From an uncultured Eubacteriales bacterium (GTDB lineage Bacteria; Bacillota; Clostridia; TANB77; CAG-508), in NCBI GenBank assembly GCA_949294555.1, contig CASFHP010000010.1, positions 34,191 to 98,190 on the forward strand: 64,000 nucleotides of DNA, written 5' to 3'. Both the position numbers and the translations under genes were made by a program. Numbering within the stretch: the first letter of the stretch is position 1; every line of letters starts with the position of its first letter. Below the pieces are notes generated by a model. It was not told the DNA's origin. It was given only the letters and a program-made list of their open reading frames with translations, and searched no databases. Below are positions 18,763 to 27,843 of this stretch, piece after piece.

Positions 18763-19227
18763 ATGAATCGTTTAACATATATATCCCATAATGAAAAAGA
18801 AACTTTAGATTTTGGAAAAAAGTTAGCTAGTTTTTTAAAAAAGGGCGATACGCTTGTTTTATCAGGAGAATTAGGATCTGGTAAGACAAAATTAACGGAA
18901 GGTATTTTAACTTTTTTTGGATTAGAAAATGAAATTTCTAGTCCTACTTTTACAATTGTAAATGAATATATAAAAGATGATACAAAAATTTTCCATTTTG
19001 ATGTGTATCGTTTAGAAGATTCTTCTGAGTTTTATGCAATTGGTGGAGAAGAATATTTTGAAAATGGAATTTGCATTATTGAATGGGGTGAAATTATTCA
19101 AGACGCCCTTCCAAAAGAGTATATTCATATCCAGTTTGAAAGAAATGATGTTGATGAAAATACTAGAATTTTAAATATTACTTCTTATGGTGAAAAATAT
19201 GATGAATTATTAAATAAACTGATATAA
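18763..19227 (+). CDS. tsaE: tRNA t6A37 biosynthesis ATPase TsaE
   Basis: 154 aa. P-loop GELGSGKT and motif FDVYRL. Confidence 0.85.
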   Translation: MNRLTYISHNEKETLDFGKKLASFLKKGDTLVLSGELGSGKTKLTEGILTFFGLENEISSPTFTIVNEYIKDDTKIFHFDVYRLEDSSEFYAIGGEEYFENGICIIEWGEIIQDALPKEYIHIQFERNDVDENTRILNITSYGEKYDELLNKLI

Positions 19228-19281
19228 GTATATATTTTGTTGACTATTTTTAAAATAAATATATCAAAAAGGAGAACTAGA

Positions 19282-20439
19282 TTGAAAGTATTAAGTATTG
19301 AAACTTCTAGTAAAATATGTAGTGTAGCTATATTAGAAGATAAAAATTTAGTAAAAAAAATGGAATTAAATAATGGATTAACACATTCTGAAAGCTTAAT
19401 GCCACTTATAAAGAGAATATTAGAAGAAACCAATTTAACTTTATCTCAAATGGATTTATTTGTTTGTGATATTGGCCCTGGTTCTTTTACTGGTATTCGT
19501 ATCGGTGTCGCAACTGTTAAAGCATTTTCAGATAGCTTACAAATTCCTGCCGTTGGTATTTCTTCTCTTGAAGGGTTGGCATATGCAATCCCAAAAGATG
19601 GTATCATTTGTAGCTTGATTGATTGTAAAAATGATAATTGCTATTATGCTGTATACCAATTAGAAAATGGTCATTATTCTTTGCTAGAAAGTCCTAAAGC
19701 TGACAGTGTTGAAAATTGTTTAAATTTTCTGATTTATAAATATGGTGATTCTGCTATTACTTTTATAGGAGATGCTTGTTTAAGTTATAAAGATTTAATA
19801 AAGTCTTTTTCTTCTCAATTCTGTTTAGCAAATGAGGATTCCTCTATTTGTCTAAATCATCATATTCCTGAAAGTGATATAAATACTATTGATGTTTATT
19901 TTTTAGGACTTGCTGGATTAAAAAAATATATAAAATCTGGCGAAGATAAAGCTTTACTTCCTCTTTATTTAAAAAAGCCTCAAGCACAAAGGCAATTAGA
20001 AGGAAAAAATCTAATAATTGAAGATATGAAACTTTCTGATTTAGAAAATTTAGACATTTCTAAATTCGATGATTTTTGGAATATTCATATTTTAAAAGAG
20101 GAATTAACAAGTGAAACATCGCATTTTATTTGTGCAAAATTGGAAAATACGATAGTTGGTTTTGCTGGAATTAAGATTATCGTAGATGAAGCTGATATTA
20201 TGAATATTGCCGTAAAAGAAGATTATAGAAGACAAGGAATTGCTACTTTATTACTAAACCATATTCTTAGTCTTTGTAAACAAAAAAGCTTGAAAGCCAT
20301 TAATCTTGAAGTTAATGAAGATAATTTTTCTGCAATTTCTTTATATCAGAAATTTGGTTTTAAAGAATGTGGCAGAAGAAAACAATATTATGATAACAAA
20401 TATGATGCCATTCTTATGTCAATGGGGATGGAGAGATGA
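19282..20439 (+). CDS. tsaB: TsaB (YeaZ) fused in frame to the RimI N-acetyltransferase
   Basis: TTG start at 19282 after an aaggag SD. The N-terminal part is LKVLSIETSS...GPGSFTGIRIG (TsaB). The C-terminal part is a GNAT domain (IAVKEDYRRQGIATLLL). No stop codon separates them. Confidence 0.8.
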   Translation: MKVLSIETSSKICSVAILEDKNLVKKMELNNGLTHSESLMPLIKRILEETNLTLSQMDLFVCDIGPGSFTGIRIGVATVKAFSDSLQIPAVGISSLEGLAYAIPKDGIICSLIDCKNDNCYYAVYQLENGHYSLLESPKADSVENCLNFLIYKYGDSAITFIGDACLSYKDLIKSFSSQFCLANEDSSICLNHHIPESDINTIDVYFLGLAGLKKYIKSGEDKALLPLYLKKPQAQRQLEGKNLIIEDMKLSDLENLDISKFDDFWNIHILKEELTSETSHFICAKLENTIVGFAGIKIIVDEADIMNIAVKEDYRRQGIATLLLNHILSLCKQKSLKAINLEVNEDNFSAISLYQKFGFKECGRRKQYYDNKYDAILMSMGMER

Positions 20440-20474
20440 TTTGGGGACGGAGAAAAAATCATCTCTCCGTCCCT
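20430..20474. repeat. GGGGAC-core repeat, family A copy containing the tsaB-rimI stop codon
   Basis: ggagagatgatttggggacggagaaaaaatcatctctccgtccc. Two pairings are possible: ggagagatgatt/aatcatctctcc, or ggacggaga/tctccgtcc. Confidence 0.8.
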
Positions 20475-20479
20475 AATGT

Positions 20480-21283
20480 TCACACATATTTTTCTACTAA
20501 AACAACTGTCCTTCCACTTCTTGTGGTCCCTGTGAATTCTTTAATTACAAATCGACCTTTCCCTCTAATGGTTATGATATCTCCACATTTTACTGTTTTT
20601 GAGTTTTTTGTTTCATTTTGCCCATTTACAAATACTCTTTCTTGTGCAATGATTTCTGAGGCTTTACTTCTAGAGGTTCTGGCTAAATCTGATACAATAT
20701 TATCTAGTCGTAATGAAGGAACAATGATACTAATTTCTTCTATTTTTATCTCGGGTTTTCTTACCTTTTGTATGGCTTCTATTTCTATTTTCGCATTTTC
20801 AAATCTTGTAAGAGATAGCAATTGTGTTTTTAATACTTCTGCAAAATCACTGACAGTGATAATGTCTGCTCCTTCTTCTCCTACAAGAATATCTCCTACT
20901 TTTTCTCTTTTTAATCCTAATTTTACAATTCCGCCTAAATAGTTTCTATGTGAGTATTTTCCTTTTTCTTCTTCTGGTAATTGAACTCGTACTACTTTTA
21001 AGATTTTGTCATAATTTTTTTCTAACATGGTATCATTAAATTTTTCTGGAAATGTAATCAATACTTTTCTTTCTGCTTCTTCATATCCACCATATAATTT
21101 AAAATTTTGAAATTGATTTTTCCTTAAAAAATTTTCTACCAAAGATACTTGATACATATCTAAAAAGTCTGTATATTCAATTTTTTCTCTTTTTGATGAT
21201 ATTTCCATTTTGTCTAATACTTGTGATAAGCATAATTTATCTTCTTGCTTTTTATAGTCTTTTAATAATTCTTGTTTATTCAT
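20480..21283 (-). CDS. ylmH: YlmH-like S4-domain RNA-binding protein
   Basis: 267 aa. C-terminal S4 motif LRLDNIVSDLARTSRSKASEIIAQERVFVNG. Confidence 0.65.
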   Translation of the reverse strand: MNKQELLKDYKKQEDKLCLSQVLDKMEISSKREKIEYTDFLDMYQVSLVENFLRKNQFQNFKLYGGYEEAERKVLITFPEKFNDTMLEKNYDKILKVVRVQLPEEEKGKYSHRNYLGGIVKLGLKREKVGDILVGEEGADIITVSDFAEVLKTQLLSLTRFENAKIEIEAIQKVRKPEIKIEEISIIVPSLRLDNIVSDLARTSRSKASEIIAQERVFVNGQNETKNSKTVKCGDIITIRGKGRFVIKEFTGTTRSGRTVVLVEKYV

Positions 21284-21288
21284 GTATG

Positions 21289-23133
21289 TTACATCTCTCC
21301 TTCCACGATATCGTCTACATCTAAATGATATATCTTTTCTAATTCTTCCACACTTCCATGTTGAATAAACATATCTGGATAGGCATAGGCTTTTATTTCT
21401 ATATCTTCCATATGATTATCCATTATTAATTCTTTGATGGCTGTTCCTAGTCCATTAATAATCGTTCCATCTTCTATGGTAATTACTTTTTTAGTTTTTT
21501 TTATGGATTTTTTTATCGTTTGCTCATCTAATGGTTTCAAAAATCTGGCATTAATCACTTCTGCGTTTATTCCCTTATCTTGTAGTTTTTTAGCAATTTT
21601 CATGCCTTTTGCAACCATTTTTCCAATTGTTACAATAGATAGGTCATTTCCTTCTTTTAGTATTTCTGCTTTTCCTTTTTCTATTGTTTCATGTTTTTCA
21701 AATGGTTCCTTATCTTCTCCGCCTCTTGGATAACGGATAACCACAGGCTTTTTCAAATCCACTGCAAATGCTAACATATCTTCTAATTCTCGAAAGTCTT
21801 TTGGTGCTAAGATGGTTACATTAGGTACCAATCTAAAAAATGCCATATCTAAAATTCCTTGATGGGTTTCCCCATCTGCTCCAACAATACCTGCTCTGTC
21901 TACACACATGACTACTGGTAAATTTTGAAGAGCAATGTCGTGTATCACTTGGTCATATGCTCTTTGATAAAAAGAAGAATAGATAGGTACAACAGGTATC
22001 ATTCCATCTATCGCCATACCTGCTGCTAATCCTAAAGCATGTTGTTCTGCAATTCCAATGTCAAAAAATCTCTCAGGAAACTTTTTACTAAATTCTGTAA
22101 GTCCTGTTCCATCTTTCATTGAAGCAGTGATTGCAACAATCTTATCATTTTTTTCTGCAAGTTCGATTAATTTGTCTCCAAATACTTTAGAATAATCTTT
22201 TCCTTTTGCTTTTTTGGCATTTCCTGTTTGTATGTCAAATGGACCTGTTGCATGAAATTTGTCTGGATTCTTTTCTGCGATTTCATAACCTTTCCCCTTT
22301 TTGGTTAATACATGGATTAATACAGGATTGTCAATTTGTTTACTTAATGTCAATATACTTTGCAATTCTTCTATATTATGCCCATCTACTGGTCCTAAAT
22401 ATGTAAAGCCAATATCTTCAAAAAACATTTTTGGAATAATTAATTGTTTAATACTTCGTTTAATGGTTTGTACGATTTTAACAATAGGTTTACCAATCAC
22501 AGGTATTTCGTTAATTCTTTTTTTCATAATGACATTGGTTCTAGTATACATTCTTTTTGTTCTCAACTTGCTAAGTAACATATTGAGTCCACCGATATTA
22601 GGCGATATACTCATTTCATTGTCATTAAGAATAATTGTCATTTTTGTTTTACTATATCCCACATCGTTTAAAGCTTCTAATGCCATTCCACCAGTCATGG
22701 CACCATCACCAATAACCGCTAATACAGAATAGTTTTCTTTTTTCAAATCCCTTGCTCTAGCCATTCCCAAAGCTGCTGATATAGATGTGCTACTATGTCC
22801 TGTGTTAAAAAAATCATATTTTGATTCATTTGTTTTTGGGAAGCCTGCTATTCCATTCAATTTTCTTAATGTTTTTAAAGCTTCTCTTCTTCCTGTTAAA
22901 ATTTTATGTACATAGGTTTGATGCCCTACATCCCATACAATTTTATCTTTTTCAAAATCAAATACGGTATGTAGTGCTAATGTTAATTCTACTACTCCTA
23001 AATTTGAAGCTAGATGTCCTCCATTTTCTGATACAATTTCTAATATATATTTTCGGATTTCTTCTGCTAATTTTTGCTTTTCCAAAATACTTAATTTCTT
23101 CAAATCTTTTGGAGAGTTTATATTTTCTAACAT
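21289..23133 (-). CDS. dxs: 1-deoxy-D-xylulose-5-phosphate synthase
   Basis: Motifs GGHLASNLG and GDGAMTGGMALEALN, with a transketolase-like C-terminus. I prefer the start at MLENINSPKDLKKL (23133), because the track ATG at 23145 lies within the SD context gaaaggaATGag. Confidence 0.95.
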   Translation of the reverse strand: MLENINSPKDLKKLSILEKQKLAEEIRKYILEIVSENGGHLASNLGVVELTLALHTVFDFEKDKIVWDVGHQTYVHKILTGRREALKTLRKLNGIAGFPKTNESKYDFFNTGHSSTSISAALGMARARDLKKENYSVLAVIGDGAMTGGMALEALNDVGYSKTKMTIILNDNEMSISPNIGGLNMLLSKLRTKRMYTRTNVIMKKRINEIPVIGKPIVKIVQTIKRSIKQLIIPKMFFEDIGFTYLGPVDGHNIEELQSILTLSKQIDNPVLIHVLTKKGKGYEIAEKNPDKFHATGPFDIQTGNAKKAKGKDYSKVFGDKLIELAEKNDKIVAITASMKDGTGLTEFSKKFPERFFDIGIAEQHALGLAAGMAIDGMIPVVPIYSSFYQRAYDQVIHDIALQNLPVVMCVDRAGIVGADGETHQGILDMAFFRLVPNVTILAPKDFRELEDMLAFAVDLKKPVVIRYPRGGEDKEPFEKHETIEKGKAEILKEGNDLSIVTIGKMVAKGMKIAKKLQDKGINAEVINARFLKPLDEQTIKKSIKKTKKVITIEDGTIINGLGTAIKELIMDNHMEDIEIKAYAYPDMFIQHGSVEELEKIYHLDVDDIVEGEM

Positions 23134-23329
23134 ATTAAAACTCATTCCTTTCTTGCCTTGTTCACAGGTGTCTCTAACTATTCATAACAATTTAATTTAT
23201 ATGATTACCTTATTATGTAATTCGCATTTTTTATTGTATCACATTTTTGTATTTTTTTCTACAAATTTGTTGTAATTTTTATTTATTGTGTTAAAATAAT
23301 AGTAAATAAAATTATGGGAGGAATTACTT

Positions 23330-24682
23330 ATGAAAAAACGTGTTTTTATAACATTATTTTTAATTTTAATTTTAGTAGCAAATTTGTCTTTTGCTTCTTA
23401 TGAAACTGTTACTATGACGGTTGTCGAAGAACCTGTATGTACAATCGAGATTGGAGAAAATTCTAGTTTTGAGAAAAGATTAATTGAAAAAAATCTAAAT
23501 GATAAAGAAGTTACTCTTCAATTACAGGTAACCAATGAAGAGACCTCAATTCAACCAACTGGAGAAATTATGTTAGTTATTGACAACTCTTTGAGTATGG
23601 AAGAAACAGTTGATGATGGAACAACTACTCGAGAAGAATTGGTTATTGAATCTGCTAATACATTGGTCAATACCATTTTAGAGGGAAATGATAATTTACA
23701 AGTTGGTGTTGTTAGTTTCTCAACAAATGAAGATGTTTCTTTAGAAGGAACCATTAATGACGCTAGTTTAGTTTCTGATTTATCTTCTGACCCTCAAGCT
23801 TTAGTATCTGCAATTTCTAATATTCAATACACTGGACCTAGAACAGACTTAGAAGCAGGACTAAATTTAGCTAGCCAATATTTTACAGAAGAAGATAACA
23901 ACAAATATATCATTGTTTTAACAGATGGTATACCAAATGTTGCCTTAAATTATGATGGTATGTATTATTCTGATGATGTAATTAATAAGACAAAAGCACA
24001 ATTACAAGCTCTAGATACTGCTGGATATGATGTTATCACAATGCTTACAGGCATTACAGAAACAGACAGTGTTCCTGCAACTAGACAAGATGATAAAACT
24101 TATGGAGATATCATCGAAGAAATCTTTGGTACTGAAGAAAATCCAACAGTTGGAAAATTCTATAATATACAAGATAATGAAATTGAACAAACCATTACCA
24201 ATGATATTTATAATGACCTATTACCAATTGAACAAGTCTTAACAGATATTACTGTTACAGATTATTTCCCTCAAGAAATCATTGACAATTTTGAATTTGC
24301 TTATGTGTCTGAGCCAAATATCGGAACAGTATCTGCTGAAGTCAACACAGAAAACAATTCTATTACATGGACCATTTCTGAACTACAACCAGGAGAAACA
24401 GCAACTGTACAATATACTTTAAGTTTAAAAGAAGATTTTGATGAAAGTATTGTTGGTCCTATCTTAGATACAAACGAAAGAGTGGATATTACGTATACAA
24501 GTCTTAATGGAGAAACTGTTGAAGATACCTCTGATGTTACACCTAAATTAAAACTTACAGAACCACCTGTTGTATTACCAGCAGCTGGTAGACCAATTAT
24601 GATAGCTTTATTTGTAGTTGGTATTGGAATTCTTGTTTATTCATTCTCAAGATTCACCTTTCTTAACAAAAATATGAAATAG
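23330..24682 (+). CDS. Secreted von Willebrand factor A domain protein with a C-terminal LPxxG-like anchor
   Basis: 450 aa with a signal peptide. MIDAS motifs DNSLSM and LTDGIPN. The C-terminus reads LPAAG, then a hydrophobic helix, then a basic tail. Confidence 0.75.
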   Translation: MKKRVFITLFLILILVANLSFASYETVTMTVVEEPVCTIEIGENSSFEKRLIEKNLNDKEVTLQLQVTNEETSIQPTGEIMLVIDNSLSMEETVDDGTTTREELVIESANTLVNTILEGNDNLQVGVVSFSTNEDVSLEGTINDASLVSDLSSDPQALVSAISNIQYTGPRTDLEAGLNLASQYFTEEDNNKYIIVLTDGIPNVALNYDGMYYSDDVINKTKAQLQALDTAGYDVITMLTGITETDSVPATRQDDKTYGDIIEEIFGTEENPTVGKFYNIQDNEIEQTITNDIYNDLLPIEQVLTDITVTDYFPQEIIDNFEFAYVSEPNIGTVSAEVNTENNSITWTISELQPGETATVQYTLSLKEDFDESIVGPILDTNERVDITYTSLNGETVEDTSDVTPKLKLTEPPVVLPAAGRPIMIALFVVGIGILVYSFSRFTFLNKNMK

Positions 24683-25180
24683 GACAATTTGGGACAGGTT
24701 GGGTTTTGTGGGACATTTTTGGTTTAAAAAAAAATAAAAAAAGTATGCATTTTTTGTGAAAAGTTTGTACAAAAACAAACTGGACCAACATGTAATCATA
24801 CTGGTTTGTTGTTCTTCTCTTGTTTTTTCATTTGTTTGATATGTTTTCTTTTTAACAAGGAAATCTGGATTATATTTTTCTCTTAATTTATTTTGATAAG
24901 TTTCCTCATTTTTTCTTAAATTGCTTTGTATTTCTTGTTTTTGTTTTTCATTACACAAATATTTTACAGATATCATAGCAATAATTGCTTTTGTTTTATC
25001 TTTTAAATTCATTTCGTTAAGAGGTTTATCATGGTCTAAATTTGGTTTATAGGACGTGGATTGATTTTCCCTCCAAAACGCTATTAATTTCTGCGGAATT
25101 TTATTTTTTAATTTCTCATCTGTATGGTCTAAAATATCTAGTATTTCTACCATTGCTTCCCTATATTCCACACTTAGCAT
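24647..25180 (-). CDS. Hypothetical protein (third gene of the amidoligase cassette)
   Basis: 177-aa ORF, 10 nt downstream of the amidoligase gene. Its last ~50 codons read through the 27-bp repeat and into the 3' end of the convergent VWA gene, so the true C-terminus is uncertain. Confidence 0.5.
   Translation of the reverse strand: MLSVEYREAMVEILDILDHTDEKLKNKIPQKLIAFWRENQSTSYKPNLDHDKPLNEMNLKDKTKAIIAMISVKYLCNEKQKQEIQSNLRKNEETYQNKLREKYNPDFLVKKKTYQTNEKTREEQQTSMITCWSSLFLYKLFTKNAYFFYFFLNQKCPTKPNLSQIVLFHIFVKKGES
24683..24709 (+). repeat. 27-bp direct repeat, copy 1 (family C), starting one base after the VWA stop
   Basis: gacaatttgggacaggttgggttttgt, identical to 27844-27870. Confidence 0.95.
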
Positions 25181-25190
25181 TTGTATCCTC

Positions 25191-27284
25191 CTATCCTCGA
25201 ATTCCTTCTTGTTGCTCTCGTATTCCGTTTATTCCTCTTATTGTTTCTTGTTCAATATTACCAACAGTTTCGTAACGTTCTTGATTTGCTACGTCGACAA
25301 ATTCTTCTAGTTTATGAGATTTTTTTAGACCTAATTTTCCTACAAAATTTATTTCTCTTAATGGATTATCTTCTTCACGCATATTTTCTAATATTTTTAC
25401 ATTTTCTATATATCTTGTTCTATAAACTTCTTTTTCATCTTCAAAAAATAGTAAATCTAGTAATAATTCCATTTTTTCTTTTTCTGGTAAATCTTCTTTC
25501 AATTTTTCTTTTAATTCTAAGTTTGTCTTTTCCTCTTCTGTTATTTGTTCTTTCTTTTCGATTTCTACTAATTCCTGCGATACTTGTACAATTCTTCCAA
25601 ATAGTCGTATATTTTCAATCCATGTGTCTGGATTTTTTGTTCCATTTGCTACTCTAAATTCGATTGTATTTTTACCATTATTAACATTTAGTAGATTCAT
25701 TCCAAAGAATTTTTCTCCATCTTGTACAGATTGTATTCCTGATATCAATTCTTCTAGGTCTTCTTCTCCATCAATTTGAATACTACCTTTTTTAATTGCC
25801 TCCTCGATTATTGATGTAAATGATGCTGCATTCTGATCAACTTCACTTCTAGGTATATTCCCAGGCTCATTACTCATTAAATACATAATTCTTTCTGTAT
25901 TTCCCCAGATTTCAAATAAATTTAAATAAGATTCTTTACTAGTTAAATAATCTGCACCTATGTGAACATGTCCACCACAGTTATCTGTTGCTTCTTGCCC
26001 TATTTGTTCTAACATTTGGCAAACCATGTAAATTTCTTCTACATTATCTGGTGTATCTCGTAAAATAGGAGAAATTGTTTCTGCACCTTTATTCGGTTCT
26101 AAACTGCCATCATATTCTATTTTCCAATGTCTTTTTATTTCAAAGAAGTCATCTCTTCTTTCGATAATTTTTTCTAATTGGCATAACTTTCTTCCTTTTG
26201 GTCCTTCTGTTTCAATTTCTATACCAATTGTCATTTCTGGTCCTAAATCGATTTCTTGATATTTTCTATTTTGCTTTAGGAAAAGTTCTTTTAATGTTTC
26301 TCTATCTTTTAAAGACATTTGAATAAGCACCTGATTTGCTTTTTCTTTCATCGTTTTAGCTAATGATAATTTTTGTTCATCATTTTGAAGTGTAGCAAAA
26401 ACCATTGATTGATTAGTTTCATCTTTTAGTTTTGTTTGTGCATACTGTAACTTAAAATCCTCATCCTCTATACTCATTAATATTTGTGTAATATCTTCTT
26501 CGGTTTTAGCATAAGATAATGATTGCTTTTTTAATTTATCTTCTTTCAATGAATTAATAATTTCATCTTTATATTTTTCTTCTATAACAGGTATATATTG
26601 TAATCTATCTTCTTCTGGTAATGTTATAATAATCTTTAATTTATTTATATCTGATTTTAAATTTGTAATTGCCTTTTCTTTATTTTTTATATCATTTATT
26701 TGTTCTATTAATGACATTTTTTCATAATCTGTGTGTAATACTGTTACTGCTTGCAATAATTGTTCATCATTTTCAAATGAAATGCTTTCTATTACCTTTT
26801 TTCTTTCATAATCGTCATCAATAATATAGTACAAACCATCAATTTTGTTTTCTGTATTTATAAATGTAGTAATAATTTCTCTACGATTACTCATATTTGT
26901 TATGTAGTAAAACATAGCCTCCATTTTATTTTTATCTAATTGCATTGTCTTAATAATTTCAGTTCTTGCATATTCATCTTGAAACATTGCTAAACTTTCT
27001 GATTTTTCATGATCTGATGTTATACTTTTAGCAACATTTACCGCTCTTATACTATCTTGTGGTAAATTTCTTATATAGTCCAACTTTAAATCATCTGACT
27101 GTAAACTGCAAATCAATTCATCTACATCATTTTCATACAATAAATGCATCATTTTTAATTTATTTTCATCTTTTAGTAAATGCATAACTAAAAATTTGAT
27201 ATAAGCATAATTGGTTTCTTCTTTTAGCCTCTCTAGCTTTTGCTCTTCTGTTAAATTAATTAATCTTTCTTCTCTTTTATCCAT
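25191..27284 (-). CDS. Repeat-domain protein with a C-terminal amidoligase (glutamine-synthetase-like COOH-NH2 ligase, Amidoligase_2-type) domain
   Basis: 697 aa. C-terminal motifs IGIEIETEG, KIEYDGS, AETISPIL, CGGHVHIG, NTIEFRVANG. The N-terminal ~340 aa consist of about 12 helical repeats. Confidence 0.65.
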   Translation of the reverse strand: MDKREERLINLTEEQKLERLKEETNYAYIKFLVMHLLKDENKLKMMHLLYENDVDELICSLQSDDLKLDYIRNLPQDSIRAVNVAKSITSDHEKSESLAMFQDEYARTEIIKTMQLDKNKMEAMFYYITNMSNRREIITTFINTENKIDGLYYIIDDDYERKKVIESISFENDEQLLQAVTVLHTDYEKMSLIEQINDIKNKEKAITNLKSDINKLKIIITLPEEDRLQYIPVIEEKYKDEIINSLKEDKLKKQSLSYAKTEEDITQILMSIEDEDFKLQYAQTKLKDETNQSMVFATLQNDEQKLSLAKTMKEKANQVLIQMSLKDRETLKELFLKQNRKYQEIDLGPEMTIGIEIETEGPKGRKLCQLEKIIERRDDFFEIKRHWKIEYDGSLEPNKGAETISPILRDTPDNVEEIYMVCQMLEQIGQEATDNCGGHVHIGADYLTSKESYLNLFEIWGNTERIMYLMSNEPGNIPRSEVDQNAASFTSIIEEAIKKGSIQIDGEEDLEELISGIQSVQDGEKFFGMNLLNVNNGKNTIEFRVANGTKNPDTWIENIRLFGRIVQVSQELVEIEKKEQITEEEKTNLELKEKLKEDLPEKEKMELLLDLLFFEDEKEVYRTRYIENVKILENMREEDNPLREINFVGKLGLKKSHKLEEFVDVANQERYETVGNIEQETIRGINGIREQQEGIRG

Positions 27285-27301
27285 TGTATCCTCAATTCCT
27301 T

Positions 27302-27703
27302 TTATTTATCTTCTAAATATTTTTGCATAATTTGATTTGCGAATGAATTAACAATAATATAATTGTCTTTTATATCATTTTGGTTAATATATTTTCCAAA
27401 TATATTTGCTTCTTTTGCTTCTAATAAATAAAATTTCTGAAGTTGTAGCATAGAAAGTATATATGTAAATTCATCATATAAAATCATGGCATTTGATATA
27501 TCTTTTATTACATTTCTATCTTTCCATTTTATAATAGGAATATTATCCAGTGTTGTATTTGCCACCGCCTTTTTCTCTAATTCTTCTTCTCTTTGCTCAG
27601 TTGTCACCTCATAATAATTTGGATGTATAAAGTTTTTCACTAAACTTTCTATGTCATTATATTTGTATGTATTCTTTCCTTCAATAACAATCAGTTTTTC
27701 CAT
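27302..27703 (-). CDS. Hypothetical protein (first gene of the amidoligase cassette)
   Basis: 133-aa ORF, 17 nt upstream of the amidoligase gene. SD is caggagaa. No motif recognised. Confidence 0.5.
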   Translation of the reverse strand: MEKLIVIEGKNTYKYNDIESLVKNFIHPNYYEVTTEQREEELEKKAVANTTLDNIPIIKWKDRNVIKDISNAMILYDEFTYILSMLQLQKFYLLEAKEANIFGKYINQNDIKDNYIIVNSFANQIMQKYLEDK

Positions 27704-27780
27704 TACTATTTTCTCCTGTTCATTATTTTTATTACTTTTGTATAAAAACTATGTTTTTAAATTATATATTCTTACTATGA

Positions 27781-27809
27781 ATTCTATACTAATCGTAAGA
27801 AAAAATCAA
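27781..27809 (-). promoter_or_regulatory. Promoter of the amidoligase cassette
   Basis: On the minus strand: TTGATT (27804-27809), 17-nt spacer, TAGAAT (27781-27786). It lies inside the repeat-bounded segment. Confidence 0.5.
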
Positions 27810-27843
27810 TAGAAGAAACAATTCTAGCTCGGTTAAATTTTGA

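Noticed and set aside
20436-20942. 168-aa plus-strand ORF
   Set aside because: It starts inside a repeat and runs antisense to the well-supported ylmH-like gene. It is the Phe/Ser/Leu-rich antisense translation typical of AT-rich DNA.
25181-25657. 158-aa plus-strand ORF (and similar Leu/Phe-rich plus-strand ORFs throughout the track)
   Set aside because: It is antisense to the amidoligase gene. Its extreme L/F/I content is the signature of reading Lys/Glu/Asn-rich genes backwards. No SD is present.
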